DNA from: Candidatus Poribacteria bacterium
GTDB taxonomy: Bacteria; Poribacteria; WGA-4E; WGA-3G
Direction: 5' to 3'
DNA length: 64,000 nucleotides
NCBI GenBank assembly: GCA_965214095.1
Contig: OZ243938.1
Span: forward strand, 1-64,000
Positions 21,623 to 31,486 of this stretch are shown piece by piece. Position 1 is the first letter of the stretch. Each line of letters begins with the position of its first letter. The notes beneath the pieces were generated by a model. It was not told where the DNA came from, searched no databases, and saw nothing but the letters and a program-made list of their open reading frames with translations. Position numbers and translations under genes: made by a program.

Positions 21623-23335
21623 TTATTCCATGCTGAGCATAGCACTCCGAAGATACTTCCATCCTGAAGGAGCAAGTTTAAGATTCTGTACCTTTTTGTT
21701 GATCGCCAAAAGTCTTTGTGCATGTGCTAATGGCACCCAAGGAACATCTCTATGGAAAATGGCTTGTGCTTCTTTATAGAGTTCGATCCGTTCATTACGG
21801 TCAGTACTTGTGCGTGCTCTGTCTAAGACATCTTGCATCTCATCACTACGGTAGAAAGCAATATTTAGTGCTGGTTTCACAGCAGTATTCTTACTCAAAA
21901 GATAATAGAGAAAGTTGTCTGGATCCGCTGAAGCACTCCAACCAAGCATTGCCATATCGTGTTCACCCTGTTCGGTTTTTTCAAGGTATGTTCGCCAATC
22001 ATGCGTAACAATAGTTGCTTCTATACCGATGTCACTCAGTTGTGTCTGAAGTATCTCAGCAAGTGCTTGACCGTTTGGAATATAAGGTCTCGGTATTGGA
22101 AGAGCCCACAATGTTGTCTCAAAACCGTCTGGATATCCAGCTTCAGCAAGGAGTTGTTTGGCATATTCCGGGTCATAAGGATATGCTTCTATGCTATCAT
22201 CATAACTCCAAAGCGTCGGTGGAATAGGATTTTTCGCAGGTATTCCAGTGCCTTGATACAATTCCTCAATAATCTCTGCTTTGTTGAACGCGTGATTAAT
22301 TGCAAGACGTACTTTGAGATTGTCAAATGGGGGTTTTTCCATGTTCATCGCCAAATAACCAACATTTAGACTGGGTTGCATCAAGAGATCAAGCATAGGA
22401 TCGCTCCGAATCTCGGATAATACATCTGGATTAGGGAATTCCATGACATGGAGATTACCCGCTTGAAGTTCCATATATCGTTCTAAATTATCGGGAATAG
22501 ATCGGAACACAAACCTATCAATTGCTGGTTTCCCTGCCCAATGTGTTTCTGAAGCTTGAAGCACAATTTGATCGTTTCTATCCCATTGAACAAACTTAAA
22601 AGGACCAGTACCTACTGGGTTATTCTCAAAATCGCTACCATAATGCATGACAGCAGCCTGACTTACGATAGAATTTTCGGTTGAAGCAATTGAGGCAAGA
22701 AATGGTGCATAAGGAGCAAATAGTTGAATTTCTAATGTGAATTCATCTATTGCTATGATATGACTTATTATTTCAGTGAAAACACTATCCGATTGTACAT
22801 TAGGACGGTTCAGAGAATAGGCTGCAACATTGGCATTAAACGGTGATCCATCGTGAAATGTAACGCCTTGTCTTAGGTAGAATGTCCATGTTAAACCGTC
22901 AGCAGAATTATCCCACATTTCTGCTAAAGCAGGTTCAATGTCAGTTGTATCCTCTTTGTATTGAACAAGTGTGTCAAAAATCATATCACACACTTTCGCG
23001 GATTCTCCATCAAGTACAAGTGATGGATCAAGTGTAATAGAATCCCCACCACGTCCAAATATCAATGTCTTGTCTGGAGCTGAATCACTAAACAGACTTG
23101 CAACTTTAACAAGGTCTAAGATGTTAACCATGCCATCACTATTGACATCGGGATTAGGGTCCTGAGTTGCATCAATTGTCTTGCCAAAATTTGATGCAAC
23201 AATCTGTAAATCAAGTATATTTACAACACCGTCGTTGTTGAGATCAACAGATGCTGCACTGTCTTGTGCATAACTTCCAAATACAGTAATGAATGAAACA
23301 ATCAATGTAACGATAATTATTTGTGCTGTTTTCAT
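21623..23335 (-). CDS. Dockerin-like domain fused to a family-5 (DppA-like) ABC substrate-binding protein
   Basis: Signal peptide, DLNNDGVVNILDL and DVNSDGMVNILDL repeats, then SBP family 5 core (PVGTGPF, VRLAINHA, GWSA). Confidence 0.88.
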   Translation of the reverse strand: MKTAQIIIVTLIVSFITVFGSYAQDSAASVDLNNDGVVNILDLQIVASNFGKTIDATQDPNPDVNSDGMVNILDLVKVASLFSDSAPDKTLIFGRGGDSITLDPSLVLDGESAKVCDMIFDTLVQYKEDTTDIEPALAEMWDNSADGLTWTFYLRQGVTFHDGSPFNANVAAYSLNRPNVQSDSVFTEIISHIIAIDEFTLEIQLFAPYAPFLASIASTENSIVSQAAVMHYGSDFENNPVGTGPFKFVQWDRNDQIVLQASETHWAGKPAIDRFVFRSIPDNLERYMELQAGNLHVMEFPNPDVLSEIRSDPMLDLLMQPSLNVGYLAMNMEKPPFDNLKVRLAINHAFNKAEIIEELYQGTGIPAKNPIPPTLWSYDDSIEAYPYDPEYAKQLLAEAGYPDGFETTLWALPIPRPYIPNGQALAEILQTQLSDIGIEATIVTHDWRTYLEKTEQGEHDMAMLGWSASADPDNFLYYLLSKNTAVKPALNIAFYRSDEMQDVLDRARTSTDRNERIELYKEAQAIFHRDVPWVPLAHAQRLLAINKKVQNLKLAPSGWKYLRSAMLSME

Positions 23336-23336
23336 A

Positions 23337-25013
23337 CTACCTCTCAATCGTTATGTTCCGTAAGTATTTCCAGTTAAGCGGGTGAAGTTTGAGATTCTTC
23401 ACCTTTTTGTTAACTACTAAAACCTGTTTAGCATGTGCTAATGGCACCCATGGCACATCTTTGTGAAAAAGATGTTGTGCTTCTTGATAGAGTGCTACGC
23501 GTTCATCTCTATCAGTGATAGATCTTGCCTTTTCTAAAATCTCTTGCATTTCATCACTTTTGTAGAAAGCGATATTACCTGCAGGTTTCTCTGCTGATGC
23601 TTTACTTAATAAAAAGTAGAAGAAGTTATCCGGATCCCCAAGGTCAGCACTCCATCCTAACATTGCCATATCGTGTTCACCATTCTTCGTCTTTTCAAGA
23701 TAAGTACCCCAATCGTAAGTAACTATTTTTGCTTTGATTCCAATATTATCAAGTTCAGATTGGATAACTTCAGCAAGTGCGCGTCCATCGGGAATATATG
23801 GACGTGGAACTGGTAGTGCCCACAGTGTTGTCTCAAATCCGTTTTCATAACCTGCTTCAGCAAGTAGTTGTTTTGACAATTCAGGATTATATTCGAAGTC
23901 ATCAATTGAATCATCGTAACTCCAAAGCGTTGGTGGTATCGGATTCTTCGCAGGTATACCGAGACCCTGATATAAATGCTTAATAATTGCTTTCTTGTTA
24001 ATTGCATGGTTTATAGCAAGCCGCACCTTATTGTTATCTAACGGTGGTTTTTCCATATTTAAAGCCAAATAACCGATATTCGTTCCTGCTTGTGACAACA
24101 ATTCAATGGAATCATCATTCTGAATCTGTTGTAAATCGTCAGGATTTGGGAATTCCATGATATGCAAGTTTCCTTGCTGAAGCTCAATCAGACGAACAGC
24201 ATTATCAGGAATAGAACGAAAGATAACTCGATCTATATTAGGTCGTCCGCCCCAATAGTCTTCATTTGCCTTTAGTACGACCTTATCTTTTCGATCCCAA
24301 CGTTCAAACATAAATGGACCTGTACCAACAGGATTGTTTGAAAACTTATCACCAAATTTTTTCACTGCAGTTGGACTTACAATAGCAAAGGGGGTGATTG
24401 CAATAGTATAAATGAATGGTGCATAAGCCTCTTTTAGTTTAATTTGTACAGTATAGGCATCAACTGCCGTTATCTTATCTACGATGCTAGCCAAGCCTGT
24501 ATCTTCCCAATAGACATAAGACCCACCAACATCATGAAAGGGATGAGTCTTGTCATGTTGTCTATTCAATGAAAACAGCACAGCATCTGCATTAAATGGT
24601 GTGCCGTCGTGAAAAGTAACACCTTTACGTAAATTAAATGTCCATGTCAAACCATCATCTGAACTTTTCCAACTTTCAGCAAGTGCCGGTTCAAGTTCTG
24701 TCCTTTCCTCAAGTTCCGTGCTTTCTAACTTGTATTGTACGAGCGTATCGTAGATGTTATCACAAACTTTAAAGGATTCACCATCAACCTCAAAAGCAGG
24801 GTCTAACCCAACAGAATCACCTCCGCGGCCAAATATCAGCGTACCGCCTTTTGAATGTGAATCTGCATCAACATGCAAAGGTAGAAATACAAAAGGTAAT
24901 GTTCCTATAGAAAAGAGCAACACTACCAAAATAAAACGTGAAATTGGAGGATATTTATTCAAGGAATATCCTTTTACCTTGCCAACGAAAAACACTTTCA
25001 ATTTGTCAACCAT
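23337..25013 (-). CDS. Dipeptide/oligopeptide ABC substrate-binding protein (DppA-like)
   Basis: GGTLIFGR, LAESW, GVTFHDGTPFNADAV, PVGTGPF, RPYIPDG, GWSADLGDPDNF; start uncertain. Confidence 0.9.
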   Translation of the reverse strand: MVDKLKVFFVGKVKGYSLNKYPPISRFILVVLLFSIGTLPFVFLPLHVDADSHSKGGTLIFGRGGDSVGLDPAFEVDGESFKVCDNIYDTLVQYKLESTELEERTELEPALAESWKSSDDGLTWTFNLRKGVTFHDGTPFNADAVLFSLNRQHDKTHPFHDVGGSYVYWEDTGLASIVDKITAVDAYTVQIKLKEAYAPFIYTIAITPFAIVSPTAVKKFGDKFSNNPVGTGPFMFERWDRKDKVVLKANEDYWGGRPNIDRVIFRSIPDNAVRLIELQQGNLHIMEFPNPDDLQQIQNDDSIELLSQAGTNIGYLALNMEKPPLDNNKVRLAINHAINKKAIIKHLYQGLGIPAKNPIPPTLWSYDDSIDDFEYNPELSKQLLAEAGYENGFETTLWALPVPRPYIPDGRALAEVIQSELDNIGIKAKIVTYDWGTYLEKTKNGEHDMAMLGWSADLGDPDNFFYFLLSKASAEKPAGNIAFYKSDEMQEILEKARSITDRDERVALYQEAQHLFHKDVPWVPLAHAKQVLVVNKKVKNLKLHPLNWKYLRNITIER

Positions 25014-25044
25014 TTATATCTCCAGACATTAATTGATATACATC

Positions 25045-25073
25045 ATGATATAAAAAATTAAGCAAAATGTCAA
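25045..25073 (-). promoter_or_regulatory. Sigma70 promoter for the dppA pair
   Basis: TTGACA-17bp-TATCAT on the minus strand. Confidence 0.65.
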
Positions 25074-25315
25074 GTCAAATTAAAATGGCGGTGTGTAACG
25101 TTTTTGGCACTAACTGCCTACCAACAATTGTCAGGCGAACTCTCAATGACCACATGCCAAAATTCCAAATGCCTAATAGACATTGAAAGCCTATTTCTAA
25201 TTCCATCAACAACACTCTCGTGTCAATATTCGATACATCGTTTATGATGTATCTTTTACAATCAGAATACGTTTAATTATTGGTAAGGTATACACATAAA
25301 AGTAGAAATCAGGCA

Positions 25316-25453
25316 TTATAGTGAAATGTAAAAATACGTGCACACTCCGCGGTAGATGCAGTTTGCTAACCGCATCTATGAGACTGAACAAACACCGGTT
25401 CGGTTAGGAAGCCGAACCTACCGTAGTGTAAATAATTACGGTTTTTACTATAA
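25316..25453. mobile_element. MITE-like element (TATAGT...ACTATA ends) enclosing an inverted REP doublet
   Basis: Ends TTATAGTGAAA...ACACT and AGTGT...TTTTACTATAA; inner GTAGATGCAGTTTGCTAACCGCATCT (25352-25377) and reverse-strand GTAGGTTCGGCTTCCTAACCGAACC (25397-25421). Confidence 0.72.
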
Positions 25454-25558
25454 AATCACAGATTTTTGATAAATGTCCGGACATTCTCTCATTCAACATT
25501 GCTCTTTAACCAGAATTATCCTTCATAAAATAAAGGGTAACGGTAATTTTATCTAATT

Positions 25559-27451
25559 ATGACTTCATTTGATAGACTTTCTCAAAATATAAATGATAAA
25601 TCTCAACCCGTGGCAACTCGACGTGCTGCAGTCATTGAGATTGCAAAGATAGGTGGTAAAGAAGCACTATCCTACATTCTTCAGGCATTAACTGATGATG
25701 CCCCTGGAGTGCGTCGCGAGGCAGCAATCGTTCTAGAGAAATACAGTCCATCAGATGTTACGACAGCACTTCTGGAAGCGATTAAATCAGAAGATAACGA
25801 CCTTACGCTCTGGACACAAATAGAGGTGCTTGGTAATATAGGTAGCCTGGCTGCCCTCCCTGCTCTCCAAGACCTAATTGGCACTACATTGTCTCCACTG
25901 ACACGGCGGGTGATTGAAAAGAGTATTGATGAAATAACTTCAAGATTACCAAGCAATGCACATGATGAACAGCAACCATCACAGGAAATAGATGTAGAAA
26001 AACCGAAAGTCATCGATCCATCATATCCTACAGATGAAGAAAGTGATCAACAAACGGAAGAACAACAGGAACAGAATGAGAATAGTGTAGAAGTTGTAGA
26101 TGAACAACAACATTTAACTCAGAAATCTGATGAGATCATAACATATAAAATCGAAAGCAATCCGGATGAAGATGAACAAGAATTTGAAAATGCAGATGTC
26201 CCAGTTAGTGATCTAAACGTTGAACAAGATCAAAGAACAGAAATGATGCTACAAGAAGAATCAGAACAAGAAGAAATACCTGAACAGGAGGAAATTGGGG
26301 AAAGTTCAGATAGTGATAAGGCGACAGATGAGGAGACATTAGAGGATTTGACATCAAGTACGAGAGGTATGCTAATGTCAGGAACATCACCAGCATTACC
26401 CGTCCTTGTCCCTAATACTTCTGTTGTGGTTTATGAACAAGAAGAGCAACAATTCCAACCTGGTGTATTCGATTTGGTCCTTAGACCAACGGCATACCTA
26501 TCCAAGAGATGGGTTTCACGTGCGCGCCTCTATGTAGTGTTGTTAAGCCTTCTCGCTGCTGCAACATTTGCCCTTGTATATTCACAAGTACAACGTCAGC
26601 CGCGTTCACCTTATCGTCCGAATCCAGCAATAGCCTATATGGAAAATCCTGAAAAATATTTCAATGCAGGTATTTTCTTTATTCAACAAGAGGATTACAA
26701 CAGTGCCATAGAAACACTTGAATTCTTGCGAGGTGTTGACTCAATTGATGTTGAGTTATATAGCTACTTAGGATATGCATATTTTCAAGAACATCGATAT
26801 GCTTCGGCAACTGAATCTTTTGAATACTATTTTAGTTCACGAAAAAGCAATACATATCAACCTTTTGTTGCCGAAGCTGCATATCAAGATAAAAGCGATG
26901 AAAAAAGAATATCCGAAGATTATATGATATATAATTTACTTGGAACTGCCTACAAACGACTTGGGAACTTTCATAAAGCTCATCAGGTATTTGAAGAAGC
27001 GATTAAATTGGCACCGTTTGAAGCAGAAGCTTATAGTAACCTTGCACAGTTGTACACAGATGGTTTCCAACAAAAGGACAGACGGTCTGAAGCACTTGCT
27101 TATATTGCCGTTAATATAAATCCAGATATGTCATCTTATCACGATACATTGGGATGGATTTATGCTAAGAATGGAAGGTTGCATAAAGGAACGAATATTT
27201 TAAAACAGGCAATCCGCCTACAGAGCGATTATATTCCAGCACACTATCACCTATCAAGAGTCGCACAAAAGTCAAAGGATTCTGATTCGACAATTAATGT
27301 AGTCAAAAAAGACCTAATTGACAAATTACGACCTACGAGCAATTCACGGTCTAATATGATTAAAGTGTTAACATATATTTATGAAACTAAATCACAAAAT
27401 ATGCCTAAGTATAATCCAACATTCCTTCATGACCGCATTCTGCGAAAGTGA
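25559..27451 (+). CDS. HEAT-repeat / acidic linker / TM / TPR protein
   Basis: RRAAVIEIAKIG, VRREAAIVL HEAT-like repeats; E/D/Q-rich linker; TM YVVLLSLLAAATFALVY; TPRs (YNLLGTAYKRLG, HDTLGWIY). Confidence 0.75.
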   Translation: MTSFDRLSQNINDKSQPVATRRAAVIEIAKIGGKEALSYILQALTDDAPGVRREAAIVLEKYSPSDVTTALLEAIKSEDNDLTLWTQIEVLGNIGSLAALPALQDLIGTTLSPLTRRVIEKSIDEITSRLPSNAHDEQQPSQEIDVEKPKVIDPSYPTDEESDQQTEEQQEQNENSVEVVDEQQHLTQKSDEIITYKIESNPDEDEQEFENADVPVSDLNVEQDQRTEMMLQEESEQEEIPEQEEIGESSDSDKATDEETLEDLTSSTRGMLMSGTSPALPVLVPNTSVVVYEQEEQQFQPGVFDLVLRPTAYLSKRWVSRARLYVVLLSLLAAATFALVYSQVQRQPRSPYRPNPAIAYMENPEKYFNAGIFFIQQEDYNSAIETLEFLRGVDSIDVELYSYLGYAYFQEHRYASATESFEYYFSSRKSNTYQPFVAEAAYQDKSDEKRISEDYMIYNLLGTAYKRLGNFHKAHQVFEEAIKLAPFEAEAYSNLAQLYTDGFQQKDRRSEALAYIAVNINPDMSSYHDTLGWIYAKNGRLHKGTNILKQAIRLQSDYIPAHYHLSRVAQKSKDSDSTINVVKKDLIDKLRPTSNSRSNMIKVLTYIYETKSQNMPKYNPTFLHDRILRK

Positions 27452-27488
27452 CTAATTCTGAGGAAGTAACTTCTTGCATTACAATTTC

Positions 27489-30400
27489 TTAACGTAATAC
27501 AGTGACTTTACCAATTCTACGTTCAGATTCAGATTCAACAACAAATATATAGACTCCACTACTAACACCCTCCAATTTCCATATCTGTTTGCATCTATTC
27601 CCAGAATGTAATGTTTCTGATGAATCGAGTGATTTAATTAATTTACCACCGACATCATATATGGAAATCTGACTATCTGCAGCCAAGTTGTCAAATGTAA
27701 TGCTATCTCCCCTTGCTGGATTTGGATAAACAATCATTCCAGAGAGCGTCTCTCCTTGAAAGTCTACCAATATCGTGTTTTCATCCTCTGATATTTTTGC
27801 ACCGTGTATATCAGAAAGTCCAATTGTTTCTAATTGATATCGGAATTCTTCGACAAAGACATCATCTTCAAAAGTTAACACAACCCTTTTTTGAGTTCTA
27901 TCAAGTATAGCTGATTGCGGCACATAAAATTGCTTGTTATGACTATCTAATACATCAATCTGTGTTGCGTTGTCGGTAGATTCAAATTTATAAAGGATAT
28001 ATAGAGATGCGTTGGCAGCTGATATATCCATCTGTTTGTCAAACGAAATTATCAGTTGTTTCGGAGGGGAATGTATTGCTGAAACCACTCGGGGAGTATA
28101 TGTTGGTACTACTGGATTGGAATCCGATTCAGTTATTACATTGCCGTTGGAATTAGTATCATCAAATACAGAGAAACCGGACTGTGTATTAAACATCAGT
28201 TCATTGTTGTCATCATTATCTATATCAGTAACAATTGGTTTGAAGGTATTCGTTGCAGGATGATGCCAAATAGTTCTGTAAGATGATCCATCATGTTGCA
28301 TTAGATAAAAGTTAGGTGAAACAGAAATACACAATTCGTTCAAGCCGTCACTGTTTGCATCAGCAATTGACATTCCATTGGTTCCATCTCTTAATTCACG
28401 AATTCGTTGATTCCATTCTAAGTGATATGAATTATCTCCATCTGTCGTAAAGATAGATATATTCCAATGCTGACGCGGTAGATCGAACTCAGTTGTCCAC
28501 ACTTTTCCACCAACGACAAATTCAGGTATAGTATCGCCATTTAAGTCGCCAGATGTAAATAGCGATGGTGTTTCGTTATATAAGGAACCAGTCCAAGTAT
28601 GTTCGTATAGATTATCACCTATATTCTCATATATGAACAGTTCAGAGTCAATATCTGCAGACAATATTTCTATTCTTCCATCAGCATCAAAGTCATTTAC
28701 AGCAAATCTGGTGAACAGAGTGTTTTTTCCTTCTGTAGGATTGTCAAGAATTGCAACATTTGGATAACTATTGTCTCCATCTGATTCATAGATCCGTATA
28801 GAATTTGATGCATCATGTCTTGATATGATTTCATGTTTTCCATCTAAATCTGTATCGGCAACTGTGCCACCCCATAACCCATCAGCTAACAAAGTTTTAT
28901 CTGTTGGATATTTTCCAATTTCAGGTTGTTCAAGCAAGAACGTCTCTTCAGATTCGTTTGCTAAGATTTCAAGAAGTCCATCTCCATCAACATCTGCTAC
29001 TGCCCATAGCAATGAAATGGATTTATCAATTGTCTCTATTCTATTCAAGGATCCGGTATCGCTAAATTCATAGATGTGTGGAGTATCTGTGTTTTTTTCA
29101 CGTGCGATGAGTTCTAACTTACCATTACCATTCATATCAATAGGTGAAACTAGTACTTGTAACTCTTGACTTGCGGAAATAACTTTACTTAGATGTGTTG
29201 AGACAATTTGTTCATCACTGATTCTAATCTTGAAGAATTGACCTTCATTATCATCTGTCCGTAATAAGCCTGAACGATTACGCGATTTCAATTGGTAAAG
29301 ATATTCACCTTCTGGTAATTTCAAATCAGTTATGTTAATCAGATGCTGCAAATTCACGGAATCTGAAAATGCTATCCGTAACGGTGTCTGTTTCACACTC
29401 ATGTCATATACTTCCAATGCTCCGGTTGTTAAGACATCTGTTCGCCAGATAACTGTAGATTCATATCGATTTCCTGATAACCATTCAGAGCCTTCATGAT
29501 TTATTATTCTTGGCAATTGATGAAGTACTTCAATAACCGCTTTATCTCTCACAGTCCCCCCATTTTCTGATTTGACAGATAGCCGTAGCGTGTATATACC
29601 GCCATCTAATTGAGAAATACCCCACTGATGTAGAACTGTATTGTATTTCGGATCTGTTTGTGGTAATAAGATAGGAAACCAAAGATCCGGTGTTTCAGAA
29701 ATACCGTAATCTATCCAATATTGTAAGAATCCTGTTCCACCTGCACTCCCAGATATTTCGATCATGCTATCTTGATGAATCTGCTTAAGTTCAATGTTTG
29801 CTATGAGTTCATCGATTGCAGTCAATGCTCCATAAGCATCAATCAGGCCTGCGCCAACCAGTTGGGGTATCCTCAGCTGTTGACTTGTATGTGTTAACCA
29901 TTGCTGAACTTGTAAGTTGCTACACGAAGGATTTGCTGAAAACAATAAAGCTGCGACACCAGACACATGTGCTGCTGCCATGGATGTTCCAGATTTGTAA
30001 CCGTATCCAGCATCTCCTGACATTCCGTCCACAAATAAATCAGTTGTCAGGACATCCTCTCCAGGGGCAGCTATGTCAATTGATGATCCAAAGTTTGAAC
30101 CACCCAACTGCAAATCTCTATCTAAAGCTGCCACAGAAATCACAATCGGTAGTGCAGCTGGATATAATGAAAACGGATCAGAGGAATTGCCTGCAGCAGC
30201 TATCAGAAGACATCCTCGGTTGTATGCATATTCAACAGCATCCCGTATCAAAAAAGCATTGACTGTATCACCAAGACTTAAATTTATAACGTCAGCTCCG
30301 TTGTCAGCTGCGTAGACAATGGCAGCGGCTACATCGTCGTTTTGTAGAAAAGATCCTCCACCAATACGAAATCCTGCGCGTAGAGTCATGATACGACAAT

Positions 30401-31187
30401 TCGGGGCAATTCCTGCAATGCCTATACCGTTATCTGTTTCTGCAGCAATTATCCCAGATACTTGAGTTCCATGACCAATCTCATCATTCGGTTGGTTGTC
30501 ACGTGTTGTCCAGTCCCCATGTCCATTTAGTGTCGGGGCATCACTGAAATCCCAACCGATCAGATCATCTACATATCCATTGTGATCATCATCAATACCG
30601 TTTGATGGTACCTCTCCGGAATTGTGCCACAACTGGTTCTCTATATCAGGATGGTCTATCTGAATTCCGCTGTCAACAACTGCTACCACAATTGACGGTT
30701 CTCCCCTTTCAAGTCCCCATGCAGTTGCCATATTCATTGATGTCAGATTCCACTGTTCACTAAAACGCGCATCGTTAGGGGTTATCTCTGAACAGAAACG
30801 ATTTAGTCGATTCATTTCAACTTCTTCTACGAATGGCTGCGCTAAGAACTTACGTTGTAGTTGTTTTGATGAAAAGCTAATCGGAAATGCAATGTGATAA
30901 ATGCGACTTAGTGCTAAGTGTTTACCAGCAGGTGTGTCAGGTGAGAATATGGGTTTGACAGACTCTGCCCCTAAGGCTTTACAGAATTTACTAAGCTGAG
31001 TATCCGTAGAATTTGGATTTAACCTGACTATGAGTTCACGAGGAGAATTAGGTAAGAGTGTTTGATTAAGTTGATGTGAATTGGATTGTGAAGCACTGTA
31101 ATTTATATCTGGATAGCAGAAATGTATACATTGGGGAGAACATAACAGTAAGATAAAAGTATGTATAAAAAAGAAAAATTTCCTCAT
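27489..31187 (-). CDS. Secreted S8 (subtilisin-like) protease with FG-GAP repeats and a T9SS-type/FlgD-like C-terminal domain
   Basis: Catalytic motifs VAVVDSG, GHGTQVSG, SGTSMAA; DVDGDGLLEI-type repeats; C-terminal VYPNP...IYDVGG...SSGVYI. Confidence 0.88.
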   Translation of the reverse strand: MRKFFFFIHTFILLLCSPQCIHFCYPDINYSASQSNSHQLNQTLLPNSPRELIVRLNPNSTDTQLSKFCKALGAESVKPIFSPDTPAGKHLALSRIYHIAFPISFSSKQLQRKFLAQPFVEEVEMNRLNRFCSEITPNDARFSEQWNLTSMNMATAWGLERGEPSIVVAVVDSGIQIDHPDIENQLWHNSGEVPSNGIDDDHNGYVDDLIGWDFSDAPTLNGHGDWTTRDNQPNDEIGHGTQVSGIIAAETDNGIGIAGIAPNCRIMTLRAGFRIGGGSFLQNDDVAAAIVYAADNGADVINLSLGDTVNAFLIRDAVEYAYNRGCLLIAAAGNSSDPFSLYPAALPIVISVAALDRDLQLGGSNFGSSIDIAAPGEDVLTTDLFVDGMSGDAGYGYKSGTSMAAAHVSGVAALLFSANPSCSNLQVQQWLTHTSQQLRIPQLVGAGLIDAYGALTAIDELIANIELKQIHQDSMIEISGSAGGTGFLQYWIDYGISETPDLWFPILLPQTDPKYNTVLHQWGISQLDGGIYTLRLSVKSENGGTVRDKAVIEVLHQLPRIINHEGSEWLSGNRYESTVIWRTDVLTTGALEVYDMSVKQTPLRIAFSDSVNLQHLINITDLKLPEGEYLYQLKSRNRSGLLRTDDNEGQFFKIRISDEQIVSTHLSKVISASQELQVLVSPIDMNGNGKLELIAREKNTDTPHIYEFSDTGSLNRIETIDKSISLLWAVADVDGDGLLEILANESEETFLLEQPEIGKYPTDKTLLADGLWGGTVADTDLDGKHEIISRHDASNSIRIYESDGDNSYPNVAILDNPTEGKNTLFTRFAVNDFDADGRIEILSADIDSELFIYENIGDNLYEHTWTGSLYNETPSLFTSGDLNGDTIPEFVVGGKVWTTEFDLPRQHWNISIFTTDGDNSYHLEWNQRIRELRDGTNGMSIADANSDGLNELCISVSPNFYLMQHDGSSYRTIWHHPATNTFKPIVTDIDNDDNNELMFNTQSGFSVFDDTNSNGNVITESDSNPVVPTYTPRVVSAIHSPPKQLIISFDKQMDISAANASLYILYKFESTDNATQIDVLDSHNKQFYVPQSAILDRTQKRVVLTFEDDVFVEEFRYQLETIGLSDIHGAKISEDENTILVDFQGETLSGMIVYPNPARGDSITFDNLAADSQISIYDVGGKLIKSLDSSETLHSGNRCKQIWKLEGVSSGVYIFVVESESERRIGKVTVLR

Positions 31188-31284
31188 ACTATGCTAACCT
31201 TTTGGATTTTTAGTCCTTTGTTGATTGTAAAATATATTTTCTTCCGTTAAAGTAAACTTTGTAAACACAATATGGTTTTAATGA

Positions 31285-31387
31285 TATAGTAGATTTTGAA
31301 ATTATTTGAACACTCTGCATCGGCGAGGTTAGGAAACCTCGCCTACCGTGGGACGAAAGTGTCAACTTATATTTATAATTCACTATA
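31285..31387. mobile_element. 103-bp MITE-like element with a single REP (copy 1)
   Basis: TATAGT...ACACT / AGTGT...ACTATA imperfect inverted ends; inner reverse-strand GTAGGCGAGGTTTCCTAACCTCGCC; 99/103 identical to 35568-35670. Confidence 0.82.
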
Positions 31388-31399
31388 AAAGTATTAAAA

Positions 31400-31428
31400 T
31401 TGCATTATCAGATATAATCTGTTATAGT
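31400..31428 (+). promoter_or_regulatory. Sigma70-type promoter for the ThDP enzyme-mtnA pair
   Basis: TTGCAT-17bp-TATAGT with an extended -10 TG. Confidence 0.5.
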
Positions 31429-31486
31429 AATTGTATTGAATTCCCATGTCAAAAACAACATATATGTTGTTCTTAGGAGAAGTATT

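Noticed and set aside
25096-25125. Sigma54 or ECF promoter (TGTAAC...TTGGCAC) upstream of the HEAT-TPR gene
   Set aside because: TGGCAC lacks a correctly spaced TTGC and there is no clear CGT -10.
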